The translations under genes were made by a program, and so were the position numbers. A DNA stretch of 64,000 bases from Oscillospiraceae bacterium. GTDB taxonomy: Bacteria > Bacillota > Clostridia > Oscillospirales > Ruminococcaceae. The notes under the pieces are model-generated. The model saw only the letters and a program-made list of their open reading frames with translations. It was not told the DNA's origin and did not search any database. Numbering within the stretch: the first letter of the stretch is position 1; each line of letters opens with the position of its first letter. This document shows positions 1 through 9,385 of the stretch, one piece after another. The stretch lies in NCBI GenBank assembly GCA_009777445.1, contig WRLV01000002.1, forward strand, positions 8,256 through 72,255, written 5' to 3'.

Positions 1-1
1 C

Positions 2-391
2 ACGGTTAACGTGAAAAGTTTTTTCGCCAACTCCTTTGAAAACTATCGGCATATAGCAAAGTTAGTCGGAACAGCTAAACTGCACAAAAAATGCGCTATT
101 GCTTCAACCGATGAGACATATGATAACGTGAGACTGTTAGCGCCGCAAGCGGCAGACGAAATGCTTGCCATCACAGGGGTTGAAGCCTCGTTTGCGATTT
201 ATAAAGTGGGAAGCGACATTCACGTAAGCGCGCGTTCAATGGGTGGAATAAATGTTCAGCTTATTATGGAGTATTTAGGCGGCGGCGGCCACTTCACCAT
301 GGCAGGGACACAGATGAAAGATATAACGTTGGCAGAAGCGCAAAGCCGAACTGTCAGCGCGATTGATTTATATTATGATAACCAAAACTAA
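2..391 (+). CDS. DHH/DHHA1-family phosphoesterase, C-terminal fragment (GdpP/YybT-like); the 5' end lies outside the window
   Basis: The ORF runs off the window edge. It carries the DHHA1 signature GGGGH ([11 protein letters not shown]) and sits upstream of rplI-dnaB, as in the Firmicute yybT-rplI-dnaC block. Confidence 0.7.
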   Translation, partial: TVNVKSFFANSFENYRHIAKLVGTAKLHKKCAIASTDETYDNVRLLAPQAADEMLAITGVEASFAIYKVGSDIHVSARSMGGINVQLIMEYLGGGGHFTMAGTQMKDITLAEAQSRTVSAIDLYYDNQN

Positions 392-441
392 CCGGCGAGC
401 CGCCGGTGGCACTCTTGTGCAGAAAGGACAGGTCTGAAAAA

Positions 442-891
442 ATGAAAGTTATTTTATTGCAAGATGTTAGGGGTACGGGTAAGAAGGGGGAAATCAAGGA
501 AGTGAAAGACGGTTATGCGCGTAACTTCCTTATTGCCAACAAATTAGCGGCAGAAGCGACTAAGAATAATCTTAATGTGCTTGAAACCCAAAAAGCGGCA
601 AAACAACATAAAATCGATGTTGAAAAGCAAAATGCAGTCGATACAGCCAAAAAAATTGAAGGAAGAACCTTCAAAATCACCGCGAAGTCAGGGGTGGGCG
701 GCAAACTGTTCGGGGCGGTTACCTCTAAAGATTTAGCCGCCGCAATAAAAGAAGAAATGGGAACAGACATAGACAAGAAGAAGTTAAGCCTACGCGAAGA
801 GGTTAAAACATTCGGTACATATGAAGCAACAGCAAAACTTCACAGTACAGTGAGTGCAAACTTTTTCATCAATGTATCAGATGCGCAATGA
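442..891 (+). CDS. rplI: 50S ribosomal protein L9
   Basis: The N-terminus [30 protein letters not shown] is typical of L9. I chose the ATG at 442, preceded by AAAGGA, over the GTG at 406 used in the ORF track. Confidence 0.95.
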   Translation: MKVILLQDVRGTGKKGEIKEVKDGYARNFLIANKLAAEATKNNLNVLETQKAAKQHKIDVEKQNAVDTAKKIEGRTFKITAKSGVGGKLFGAVTSKDLAAAIKEEMGTDIDKKKLSLREEVKTFGTYEATAKLHSTVSANFFINVSDAQ

Positions 892-949
892 CATTCCATT
901 AAAAAAAATAAAAAAGGGGGTGTCTTAAATAGAAATAAATGCTTCGTCT

Positions 950-2293
950 TTGCCGTATAGCTTTGATGCCGAGCAGGCGGTTTTAGGCTCTGTCTTGCTT
1001 GACTCGTCGGTGATGGATGTGTTAGAGCGGCTTAACCCCGAACATTTTCATGTGGGGTTGCATGGTGAAATTTTTGCGCAAATGCGGCAGATGTTTATAG
1101 TCTCAAAGCCCCTTGATATTGTGACGGTTATAGAAGAAACGCTCAAAAATAAAGTCTTCGATACCCAAGAAGAAGCGAAAAAATTCTTAGGTGGGCTTTC
1201 GGGGGCAGTCTCGACATTATCAAAATCAAGCATCAGAGAATATGCCGGAATTATTGAGGAAAAGTATCTGACAAGGCGATTGGTCTTAGCCTCGAAAGAA
1301 ATTTTTGAGGCGGCATCGGGTGGGCTTAGAGACACCGAGAGCCTTTTAGATTTCGCGGAAGAGAAAATCTATGACATCAGACGTTCGCGTGAAATTCGAG
1401 GGCTTACTTTGATAAAGCCCGACGTTATAGACGCAATGACAAAGCTAACCGAGCTTGCCGCGAATCCCGACGACAAAAGAACCCCTGTTACGGGGCTTTC
1501 GACCGGGTTTTCATACTTAGATAAATCTATTTTCGGGTTAAATAAATCAGACCTCATCATCATTGCAGGGCGACCCGGAATGGGCAAGACGACCTTTGCC
1601 ATGAACATTGCGATTAATGCGGCAAAAATACATTTTGGCAAACAAGTGGCAGTGTTCAGCCTCGAAATGTCGAGAACTCAATTAGTGAACAGGATTTTTC
1701 AAGCCGAAGCTAAAATTACTGCTGAACAAATGAAAACGGGGGTTATTCCTCATACCGCTTGGAATAACATCAGAGAGGCCGCTCAAATCTTGACTCAATT
1801 AGGGGTATACATAGACGACAGCGCGGGCATTTCTATCGGCGAGATGAAGGCTAAACTGCGCCGTATGCCGAATTTGGGGCTTGTGGTGATTGACTATCTT
1901 CAACTCATGTCTACAGGAAGAAGAGACGGAAATCGCGTTAATGAAATATCAGAGCTAACTCGAAATTTAAAGGTTATGGCGAAAGATTTAAATGTCCCGA
2001 TTATTTTGGCATCACAGCTTTCGCGCCAGTCTGAAAAGCGGTTTGACAAAGACAAGAGACCCATGCCGCCCATGCTCTCTGACCTGCGTGATTCGGGTTC
2101 AATAGAACAAGATGCAGACATAGTTGTGTTCCTTCACAGAATCGGATATTACGACCCCGAATACGAATATCCCAACGCCTGTGAATGTCACATTCAAAAA
2201 AACAGGCACGGAGAAACCACTACAATCGGGCTGAACTTTGAAGGGCAGTTCTTCAAATTCACCACGGCAGAGTATAGAGCAGTTGACAGTTGA
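950..2293 (+). CDS. dnaB: Replicative DNA helicase (DnaB family; called DnaC in B. subtilis)
   Basis: It has the N-terminal AEQAVLGSVLLD motif, the Walker A GRPGMGKTTFAMN, and SLEMS and RDSGSIEQDAD motifs. The start is TTG. The TGA stop lies in the first unit of the heptad repeat. Confidence 0.95.
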   Translation: MPYSFDAEQAVLGSVLLDSSVMDVLERLNPEHFHVGLHGEIFAQMRQMFIVSKPLDIVTVIEETLKNKVFDTQEEAKKFLGGLSGAVSTLSKSSIREYAGIIEEKYLTRRLVLASKEIFEAASGGLRDTESLLDFAEEKIYDIRRSREIRGLTLIKPDVIDAMTKLTELAANPDDKRTPVTGLSTGFSYLDKSIFGLNKSDLIIIAGRPGMGKTTFAMNIAINAAKIHFGKQVAVFSLEMSRTQLVNRIFQAEAKITAEQMKTGVIPHTAWNNIREAAQILTQLGVYIDDSAGISIGEMKAKLRRMPNLGLVVIDYLQLMSTGRRDGNRVNEISELTRNLKVMAKDLNVPIILASQLSRQSEKRFDKDKRPMPPMLSDLRDSGSIEQDADIVVFLHRIGYYDPEYEYPNACECHIQKNRHGETTTIGLNFEGQFFKFTTAEYRAVDS

Positions 2294-2436
2294 CGAATAA
2301 TTGACAATGTACAATTGACAATTGACAATTGTGGTGTCCGCTTGCGCGGACGGGTTGTAGGGGACGGGCTTGCCCGTACCGAATTTGTTTGCTAATCCGA
2401 ATGCGGTATTGCGGGACGGGCAAGCCCGTCCCCTAC
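2294..2436 (+). repeat. Composite intergenic repeat, copy 1: heptads, GTCCGC hairpin, and an inverted pair of GGGACGGGC palindromes
   Basis: TTGACAAT-type heptads span 2298-2332. GTCCGCTTGCGCGGAC is at 2336-2351. TAGGGGACGGGCTTGCCCGTACC at 2358-2380 has its reverse complement at 2413-2436. Confidence 0.9.
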
Positions 2437-2464
2437 GTTTGCCCATATCAAATTTTCAAAAAAC

Positions 2465-2493
2465 TTGACTTTTAAAATCAAGTATGCTAAAAT
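2465..2493 (+). promoter_or_regulatory. Sigma-A type promoter of the Rpn-like gene
   Basis: TTGACT, a 17-nt spacer, then TAAAAT, with an RBS GAGGTG ahead of the TTG start at 2520. Confidence 0.6.
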
Positions 2494-2519
2494 AATATTA
2501 CAGAAAGCGAGGTGTTATT

Positions 2520-3362
2520 TTGAGCTGTAGAATTATAAAGGCGATTTTGCCTGTTAAGAGCGATGTTGTGTTTCGGCTCTTCTTTGCAGATGAGCGCGAT
2601 ATGGGTGACCTTACGAGGTTTTTGAAAGCTTTTTTGCTATTGTCCGATGATGATTATGACGAGATTGAAATAGCTGACCCTCATTTATTACGAGACTATG
2701 ACGGCGATAAGTTGGCGATTATAGACGTAAAACTTCGTACCAAAAGCAAGAAGACAATCCATATAGAAATTCAGCTTAGAGTAACTCCCGAGATTAAAGA
2801 ACGCGTAATTTATTACAGCTCAAAACTCATAACAGAGCAAATGGGCAGCGGTGATAATTATGACACGATTAAGAAAGTTATAAGCATAATAATCACAGAA
2901 GAAACGCTGATTGCTGATAGTCCGGAATATCATCATCGTTTCGTAATGTTCGACCAAAAATCGAACGTTGAGTTTTCGGATTTGTTGGAAATACATACGC
3001 TTGAGTTGAGCAAATTGCCGATTGATACGGACGGCACAGAGTTGTACGATTGGGCAAAGTTTATTAACGCCGAAACAGAGGAGGAATTAACCATGATTGC
3101 TGAAAGAAACCCACAATTTCAACCGACTGTTGTCAGATTGCGTGAGTTGTCTGGCGATGAAAAGGCACGTGATTTGTATGAACGTAGGGAAAAAGCACGG
3201 CGTGACCATAATATGTTTGTTAGAGGGGCTAAGCAAGAGGGGCGTAATGAACGCTCTTTTGAGATTGCTCAAAGACTTCTTGAACGCGGCAGACCCATTG
3301 AAGAAATTATGGAAGATACCGGTTTAACGCATAAGGAAATTGAACGCTTGCAACTGCATTAA
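2520..3362 (+). CDS. Rpn-family recombination-promoting nuclease / PD-(D/E)XK putative transposase (YhgA-like)
   Basis: The N-terminus SDVVFRLFFADE...DKLAIIDVKLRTKSKKTIHIEIQL is typical of the TIGR01784/Transposase_31 family. The C-terminal tail is helical and charged (ERGRPIEEIMEDTGLTHKEIERL). Confidence 0.75.
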   Translation: MSCRIIKAILPVKSDVVFRLFFADERDMGDLTRFLKAFLLLSDDDYDEIEIADPHLLRDYDGDKLAIIDVKLRTKSKKTIHIEIQLRVTPEIKERVIYYSSKLITEQMGSGDNYDTIKKVISIIITEETLIADSPEYHHRFVMFDQKSNVEFSDLLEIHTLELSKLPIDTDGTELYDWAKFINAETEEELTMIAERNPQFQPTVVRLRELSGDEKARDLYERREKARRDHNMFVRGAKQEGRNERSFEIAQRLLERGRPIEEIMEDTGLTHKEIERLQLH

Positions 3363-3411
3363 AAACAATTCTTAACCCCAAACGCCGCCCAAAAAAATTC
3401 TGCAAAACCTA

Positions 3412-3440
3412 TTGCAATTTCGTTTCAAACGTGTTATAAT
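3412..3440 (+). promoter_or_regulatory. Promoter P1 upstream of the leader of the large surface-protein gene
   Basis: TTGCAA, a 17-nt spacer, then TGtTATAAT (extended -10). Confidence 0.6.
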
Positions 3441-3481
3441 AGAAAAAAGCAACCAAAAAGTTCAAAAAAACAGTGAGAGGG

Positions 3482-3510
3482 TTGACAACCATGCGGAAAT
3501 ATGGCATAAT
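3482..3510 (+). promoter_or_regulatory. Promoter P2 upstream of the leader of the large surface-protein gene
   Basis: TTGACA, a 17-nt spacer, then TGgCATAAT (extended -10). Confidence 0.6.
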
Positions 3511-3518
3511 TAGAAGAG

Positions 3519-3560
<42 letters not shown>

Positions 3561-3612
3561 TTAGGTTTAATACCGTTTTATTTTCGTGTGCCGTGTTACA
3601 TATAATTATCAA

Positions 3613-3651
3613 GGCGACTACCCCGCATTAGCGGGCGGTAGCCGCCTTTTT
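3613..3651 (+). terminator. Intrinsic terminator/attenuator inside the leader
   Basis: GGCGACTACCCCGC-ATTA-GCGGGCGGTAGCCGCC forms about 13 bp of GC-rich stem, followed by TTTTT. It lies 44 nt before the ATG at 3695. Confidence 0.7.
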
Positions 3652-3694
3652 GCATTTCTACTAATTTTTGTTATTATTGAAGGAGCTTACCAAT

Positions 3695-6600
3695 ATGAAA
3701 ATCAAATCTACATCAAAAATCGTAGCATGGGTGCTGACTTTCGCACTCGTGTTGAGCCTACTCCCGACCATGTCGTTGACTGTATCGGCGAACACCGACC
3801 TCCTATACAGTAACATTAAAGGCGTAACGATAAGCCTGCCGCCCGGCGCGAGTGTTATTGTAGGGAACGGTTGGTTCAATATCAGCACTGTATTCCCCGT
3901 TCTCGTAACCCTCACTGCCGCTCAAGCCAACGGCAGCGGTCTAACAAGCTTTACTACAAATGGAGCCGACGGCACAAGAGTAATCCATATCACCGCCGCT
4001 ACGGTAGAAACAGCGGGCGGCTTAACCGCCTACCTTAACGCTAATATTAACTCCAACAATGACATTCGGGGTCATAGCGGAAATCTCCGAACGAACTACA
4101 ACAACGGGCCACTCGAACACGGCGATTTCTTAGTCGTGTTTGCGATGGACATTGATTGGAGTGGCGATACCGGCATATACGCCTTTAAGATAGAAATCCC
4201 CGACTGCGAAGTCTGCAACCAAACCCCCTGTGTTTGCGCCGGCTTGACTTATACCGTCACTTTCAACACTAACGGTGGCAGTGCCATTGGCAATGTTACA
4301 GTTACCGAAGGCAACACAATCACCGCCCCGACTGCCCCGACTAAAGAGGGTTATGCTTTCGGAGGTTGGTACAGAAACAGCGCCTTAACCCAGCTGTGGG
4401 ATTTCAATGCTCACACTGTAACGGAAAATATTACCCTCTACGCAAAGTGGACGGCAGCCTATACCGTCACTTTTAACACCGATGGTGGCAGTGCCATTGA
4501 AAATGTCACAGTTTTAGACGGCGGCACAATCACCGCCCCGGCTAATCCGACTAAAGGCGGTTATTCTTTCAGCGGTTGGTTCACAGACACGACTTTAACT
4601 ACTCTCTGGCATTTCAATGCTAACTTCGTATATGGAAATATTACCCTCTATGCAAAGTGGACGGCAGTCCATACCGTCACTTTTGACACCGATGGCGGTA
4701 ATGCCATTGGCAATGTTAGTGTGGTAGACGGCGATAGAATCACCGCCCCGACTGCCCCGGTTAAAGCCACCTTCGTTTTCGATGGTTGGTACAAGGACAC
4801 TGACTTAACTATCCCGTGGGATTTCGATGTTAACGTTGTGACGGAAAATGTAACCCTTTACGCAAAGTGGAAGGCGACTGTAATGCCGGACACGCCGACA
4901 GGCATGTTTAATCTTGCCGATGGTACATGGAATGGTGTGCCATGGGACGAAGCAACAATGGGGGATGCAAACAATATCTCATGGAACAGCCCAATCCTAA
5001 CCGTGAAAGACATCGCGAACATAGAAGTGACAGGCAATGTGGTGGGTACCAATAGTTCAAACAGGTATCGCATTGTTGTTGACGAGGGCGCAACGGCAAG
5101 CATCACGCTGAACAACTTATCTATCAGGCTTGGCGACAGCGTAGCCTCCCCGCTTTTGTTAAACGCGGGAGCAAACCTGTTCCTTACCATTGCGGGAACC
5201 AACACCCTCACGGGGGAGGGAAGTCAACCGGGTATACAAGCCCCCGCCGGAACCACGCTGACGATAGACGGCACAGGCAGTTTGGCAGCCATCGGTGGGA
5301 ACTTCTCCGCAGGTATTGGCGGTGGCGGTCATATCATCATCAAAGGCGGCATACTGTTTAACGGTGACAGCGGCACGGTATACGGCAATGTTGAGCTTGA
5401 GAATGATTTGACACTCACAGCAAACCAAACGCTGACAATCCCGGATAACGCAAAATTGACGATATTGAGCGGTGTAACGCTGACGAACTATGGTACGATT
5501 AACAACAAAGGCACAATTGAAAATAACGGGACGATTATTAACAAAGGGACAGTCATAAACATCGGTACGACTGTTGGTTGGGACTTATATACAGTAACCT
5601 TCAACACCACCGGCGGCAGTGCCATTGGCGATGTTAATGCGGCTAACGGCGATAAAATCATCGCCCCGACTGTTCCGGTTAAAGTCAATTACACTTTCGG
5701 CGGTTGGTACAAAAACGAAAACTTAACCATGCCGTGGGATTTCGCTGTTGACGTTGTGATGGAAGATGTAACCCTCTACGCAAAATGGTTGAATGCTGTT
5801 TGGTGGAACAGCAACGGCAATAATCTCACAGTGCAAGACGGCGACATTGTGGTAATTGCGGCAGGAGCGACCGGTACGCTTACCGTTCCGGCGGGTGCAG
5901 AAATTACGATACTCGGCGGAAGCGCACACGCGCCTATTGATAATGGCACCAACCGCATTAGTTTTGACATTCACGAAACAGCAAAGGTTATATGGCAAGC
6001 TCATTATACAAGCCATACCGGAAATTATACTGAAATATCCGATTCAAGTGCAGGTGTTTTTGAAGTTGCGGGCGGAAGTATCAAAAACACTAACGGTATG
6101 GCAATCATCAATGATTCGACCAATACCAAACTTATAGTAAGTGGTGGAAGTGTCTACTCAAAGTCGCACACTGGTATAGCTTCGTACGGTGATGTTATTA
6201 TCACCGGCGGCAAGGTTGAGTCGGGCGGTATGGATGCGATATCCATGCGGAATAATGCTTTTTTGTTTATTGATTCCGATGTGGAAGTTGTAGCCAATAT
6301 ACTTCTGTTGAACAACGTTGTTGCATTTATAAACAGCGGCGCAACGTTTACCGGGAATGTCTTCACAGGCAATGCTTCGGGTACTAATTCGATTGGCATA
6401 ACCAAAACAACCAATGCCACAGAATTTTACGCAGGACACTCAACCGGATTGGACGTTGTAGGCACAGTTGCAACAGCAGTTTGGGCTGTTCAAGACGGCA
6501 AAAGCGGCATCCGCTACGCTCGCGGCACAAACACGGGCTTTTTTGAAGTGCCGGGCGTGGTTGTAGAAGCCATCTTCGTCAATGGTGTGGAGGTGGGAAA

Positions 6601-8446
6601 CCGCACTGTTGCGAATATCCAATCCGCAATCACAAACGCACTTGCCAATAATGATGAAGTCAAGGTGACGGGTAGGTTTACAGGCGCGGACAGTTCGCTT
6701 ACCCTACTCATACTCGCAGGCAAAACATTAGTATGGGATGCGGAGTATACCGGAAGTGCCAACAATTTGATTTCAATTACCGGTAATAACAGTGCAGGGA
6801 TTATGCGGATTGACTCTAATGGGGTTATAAGAGCAACCGGAGATACGGTTGCGCTTAATACCGGTAGCAATATTAACCGCAACAATGTGAATATAATCCT
6901 AAATGGAGGTACGGTTACGAAGAATGCCGGAACGATGCCGGTAATAGCTTTATATATCAGCCCATCTCTAAGTATTCTAAGCGGCAGTATAGAGGGCAAT
7001 GTCGTGGCGAATAATAGCTCCATTGTTTATGTCGCAGACGGCAATATAGTGAACGGCGATATTCAAAGGGGTGGCAGTGCGATAGGGTACTACACGGGCG
7101 ACAATGCGGCGAAATTCAGAACGAGCGGCTCTGATAGGTTCACCCCCGGCACAAATCTGTTCCAACTCGATGTGCCTACGCTGACCAACAATGACGGCGA
7201 TTACATCTACGACAACACAACACCCTATGCAGGAGCAATCACTGCGACATTCCCGGCAGTGCTGACCGTTACCTCTGTGACAGCGAATAACAGCGATGTT
7301 ACGGCTGTGCTTGAGAATAACGAAGTTCAGCTCACAGGGAATTACAACGGCGAAATCGCCTTAACTGTTACAGGAACACTCGCAAACGGCAGAATCCCCG
7401 TAAGTTTCACCACGGCGGCGTTTGGCGTGAATGTTGATACGCCGCTTGAATCCACCACAGTCACCGTAACCGCTCCCGACAACATCGCCTACGGCGAAAC
7501 GCTCGGAGAACCGACCGCAGAAGCGGCGGCGGGCAATGTAGGCATGTTCACGTTCTACTACACGGGAACAATAGCAGACGGCAACACCTACGATTCAGAC
7601 GATAAGCCGACATTACCGGGCGAATACACCGTGACGGCTACGCTTGTGAGCGATAGGCATTATGGAAGTGGCGAATCAGCTACTTTCACAATCTCACCAA
7701 AACAACTCACATGGAACGCAGACGGCACAGTGCTCGATAAGACGTTTGACGGTGATGACTCCGCAATAATCGAAACTGCTCCGACTTTAGACGGCATAAT
7801 CAATAACGATAACGTGACTGTCACAAACGGCACGGTGAATTTCGCAAGTGCAAACGTGGGAACGTGGGCAGTCACAGCGATTAGTTTCGGAATCGAGGGC
7901 GATGACGAATGGAAGTACACAATAAGCGTTCAGCCGACTTTCGCAAACGGCACGATTACAGCGAGCAATTTCACCGACAAAACCTACACCGTCACCTTCA
8001 GCGTAGCCGGAACAAACGGCACAATAACCGCATTATCGGGCGGAATGTCAATCACCACCGGCGCGCAGGTTCTTGAAGGAGCAACCGTCACCTTCACCGC
8101 GACACCGACTGACGGTTACCGCGTTAAAGAGTGGAAAAACAATAACACCGTAGTCAACGGCAAAGCACCCACATATTCCACACAAATTAACGCCGCGACC
8201 AACGTGACCGTTGAATTTGAGGAAGTCCCGGAAAATCCGCCTGAGTTTGAACTCGGCGACTGCAACAATGACGGAAAAATAAACATCGCCGACTTAACCT
8301 ATCTCAAACACGCGATTGTGGGAGCTTTAGAGAAAAACGACCAATGCAAAGTCGCAGGGAAAGAAGCGACTGACGCACAAAATCTTTCTGCCCTCAGAAA
8401 CTATTTAACAAGGAAAGAAGCGTTTCCGGGGAATTCTGAGAATTAG
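3695..8446 (+). CDS. Giant secreted surface protein: signal peptide, four Listeria-Bacteroides (InlB B-repeat / Flg_new) repeats, beta-helix-like central region, C-terminal dockerin-like module
   Basis: RBS GAAGGAG precedes MKIKSTSKIVAWVLTFALVLSLLPTMSLTVSA. YTVTFNTxGGSAI...GYxFxGWY...W.F....V.ENITLYAKW occurs four times. The C-terminus carries LGDCNNDGKINIADLTYLKHAIVG...LSALRNYL. Confidence 0.9.
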   Translation: MKIKSTSKIVAWVLTFALVLSLLPTMSLTVSANTDLLYSNIKGVTISLPPGASVIVGNGWFNISTVFPVLVTLTAAQANGSGLTSFTTNGADGTRVIHITAATVETAGGLTAYLNANINSNNDIRGHSGNLRTNYNNGPLEHGDFLVVFAMDIDWSGDTGIYAFKIEIPDCEVCNQTPCVCAGLTYTVTFNTNGGSAIGNVTVTEGNTITAPTAPTKEGYAFGGWYRNSALTQLWDFNAHTVTENITLYAKWTAAYTVTFNTDGGSAIENVTVLDGGTITAPANPTKGGYSFSGWFTDTTLTTLWHFNANFVYGNITLYAKWTAVHTVTFDTDGGNAIGNVSVVDGDRITAPTAPVKATFVFDGWYKDTDLTIPWDFDVNVVTENVTLYAKWKATVMPDTPTGMFNLADGTWNGVPWDEATMGDANNISWNSPILTVKDIANIEVTGNVVGTNSSNRYRIVVDEGATASITLNNLSIRLGDSVASPLLLNAGANLFLTIAGTNTLTGEGSQPGIQAPAGTTLTIDGTGSLAAIGGNFSAGIGGGGHIIIKGGILFNGDSGTVYGNVELENDLTLTANQTLTIPDNAKLTILSGVTLTNYGTINNKGTIENNGTIINKGTVINIGTTVGWDLYTVTFNTTGGSAIGDVNAANGDKIIAPTVPVKVNYTFGGWYKNENLTMPWDFAVDVVMEDVTLYAKWLNAVWWNSNGNNLTVQDGDIVVIAAGATGTLTVPAGAEITILGGSAHAPIDNGTNRISFDIHETAKVIWQAHYTSHTGNYTEISDSSAGVFEVAGGSIKNTNGMAIINDSTNTKLIVSGGSVYSKSHTGIASYGDVIITGGKVESGGMDAISMRNNAFLFIDSDVEVVANILLLNNVVAFINSGATFTGNVFTGNASGTNSIGITKTTNATEFYAGHSTGLDVVGTVATAVWAVQDGKSGIRYARGTNTGFFEVPGVVVEAIFVNGVEVGNRTVANIQSAITNALANNDEVKVTGRFTGADSSLTLLILAGKTLVWDAEYTGSANNLISITGNNSAGIMRIDSNGVIRATGDTVALNTGSNINRNNVNIILNGGTVTKNAGTMPVIALYISPSLSILSGSIEGNVVANNSSIVYVADGNIVNGDIQRGGSAIGYYTGDNAAKFRTSGSDRFTPGTNLFQLDVPTLTNNDGDYIYDNTTPYAGAITATFPAVLTVTSVTANNSDVTAVLENNEVQLTGNYNGEIALTVTGTLANGRIPVSFTTAAFGVNVDTPLESTTVTVTAPDNIAYGETLGEPTAEAAAGNVGMFTFYYTGTIADGNTYDSDDKPTLPGEYTVTATLVSDRHYGSGESATFTISPKQLTWNADGTVLDKTFDGDDSAIIETAPTLDGIINNDNVTVTNGTVNFASANVGTWAVTAISFGIEGDDEWKYTISVQPTFANGTITASNFTDKTYTVTFSVAGTNGTITALSGGMSITTGAQVLEGATVTFTATPTDGYRVKEWKNNNTVVNGKAPTYSTQINAATNVTVEFEEVPENPPEFELGDCNNDGKINIADLTYLKHAIVGALEKNDQCKVAGKEATDAQNLSALRNYLTRKEAFPGNSEN
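4250..4870 (+). repeat. Three tandem 210-nt (70-aa) Listeria-Bacteroides repeat units inside the CDS; a fourth solitary unit lies at 5588..5788
   Basis: Unit starts (TAT ACC GTC ACT TT) fall at 4250, 4460 and 4670, an exact 210-nt period. Confidence 0.9.
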
Positions 8447-8465
8447 AAGATATAAATAAGAATAG

Positions 8466-8488
8466 TAGGGGACGGGCTTGCCCGTCCC
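8466..8488. repeat. GGGACGGGC palindrome module of the repeat family, copy 2
   Basis: TAGGGGACGGGCTTGCCCGTCCC begins 20 nt after the stop of the giant gene. Confidence 0.85.
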
Positions 8489-8505
8489 GAATTGAACATG
8501 AACAC

Positions 8506-8541
8506 CGCCCGACACTTATTTGTGTTGGGCGATGTTTTTTT
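8506..8541 (+). terminator. Intrinsic terminator (CGCCCGACAC-type stem shared with the repeat family)
   Basis: CGCCCGACAC-ttatt-tGTGTTGGGCG is followed by a T run, then GGAATGTCTTG, as also seen at 42160. Confidence 0.75.
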
Positions 8542-8626
8542 GGTTGGAATGTCTTGTAAAAATTCAAAAAGTGTGGTATTATATTTGTAGCAATAAAATT
8601 CAGAACTTAAAGGGGAGGAACCAATT

Positions 8627-9382
8627 ATGAAAACTAAAATCGCTTCTATTTCAAAAGACTGCGTTGCTTGCGGTTGTTGTGTGCGAGCGTGTTCACTGAA
8701 TGCAATCAGTGTACACAAAGGCAAATATGCGGTAGTCAGCGACAAGTGCGTAGGTTGCGGGAAATGTGCGTATATTTGCCCTGCTGATGCAATCGAAGTT
8801 GACAAAATCACGGCTTGTAAAGTGAAGCAAAAACACTTGTATGATTTTCTGTGGGTTGGCGAACTTCTCTACATAGCCCTTGGATTTTTCAACATTTTGT
8901 TTGCATGGCTTGGGCTGATTTTTATGATGACACCTCTGTTTATGGCGATTATCGGGGGCAATAAATCCTATTGCAGAAAATACTGCGGCAAAGGACAATT
9001 GTTCGGGTTAGTCGGTAGTAAATTATCGCTAAAGCTGAAACCGCCACGATTTTTACGTTCAAAATGGTTCAGGTCTTGCTTTTTGACATTTTTTATGACG
9101 ATGTTCGCCTTGATGCTCTATTCGGTTGTTCGAGTGTTCGGCGGCGCGGAATTAAGCGAAACAATCACGCTTTTGTGGGCATTTAAGTTGCCGTGGAATT
9201 GGGCGGCTCTATCGTTTGTACCAACGTGGGTTGCACAATTCGCCTTTGGTTTTTACGGGACAATGCTGACTTCGACAATCTTGGGAATTACCACAATGGT
9301 GCTGTTTCGCCCACGCACTTTCTGTGTCTACTGCCCGATGGGGACGATGACTCAAGGAATTTGCAGGTTGAAAAAATCATGA
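8627..9382 (+). CDS. 4Fe-4S dicluster domain protein fused to a Cys-containing membrane domain
   Basis: Two ferredoxin motifs are present (CVACGCCVRAC and CVGCGKCAYICP). Hydrophobic helices follow, with CRKYCGKG and CVYCPMG motifs. Confidence 0.75.
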   Translation: MKTKIASISKDCVACGCCVRACSLNAISVHKGKYAVVSDKCVGCGKCAYICPADAIEVDKITACKVKQKHLYDFLWVGELLYIALGFFNILFAWLGLIFMMTPLFMAIIGGNKSYCRKYCGKGQLFGLVGSKLSLKLKPPRFLRSKWFRSCFLTFFMTMFALMLYSVVRVFGGAELSETITLLWAFKLPWNWAALSFVPTWVAQFAFGFYGTMLTSTILGITTMVLFRPRTFCVYCPMGTMTQGICRLKKS

Positions 9383-9385
9383 TTT

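Noticed and set aside
2099-2446. ORFs running through repeat elements (2099..2446, 15617..15817, 29756..30010, 36435..36737, 37681..37942, 42157..42375, 50150..50335)
   Set aside because: They exist only because the antisense strand of the heptads (TCAATTG)n and the GC hairpins lack stop codons. Their translations are repetitive (QLSTVNCQLSIVN, RGRACPS) and they lack an RBS.
3650-3677. Possible third promoter (TTGCAT-16-TGtTATTAT) directly in front of the giant gene
   Set aside because: The predicted transcription start would fall within or after the RBS at 3679-3685, giving an untranslatable leader. I kept it only as a caveat to the attenuator hypothesis.
8443-8811. 122-aa minus-strand ORF overlapping the start of the ferredoxin-domain gene and the terminator region
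   Set aside because: It spans a terminator, a repeat module and the 5' end of a well-supported plus-strand CDS, and has no motif support.
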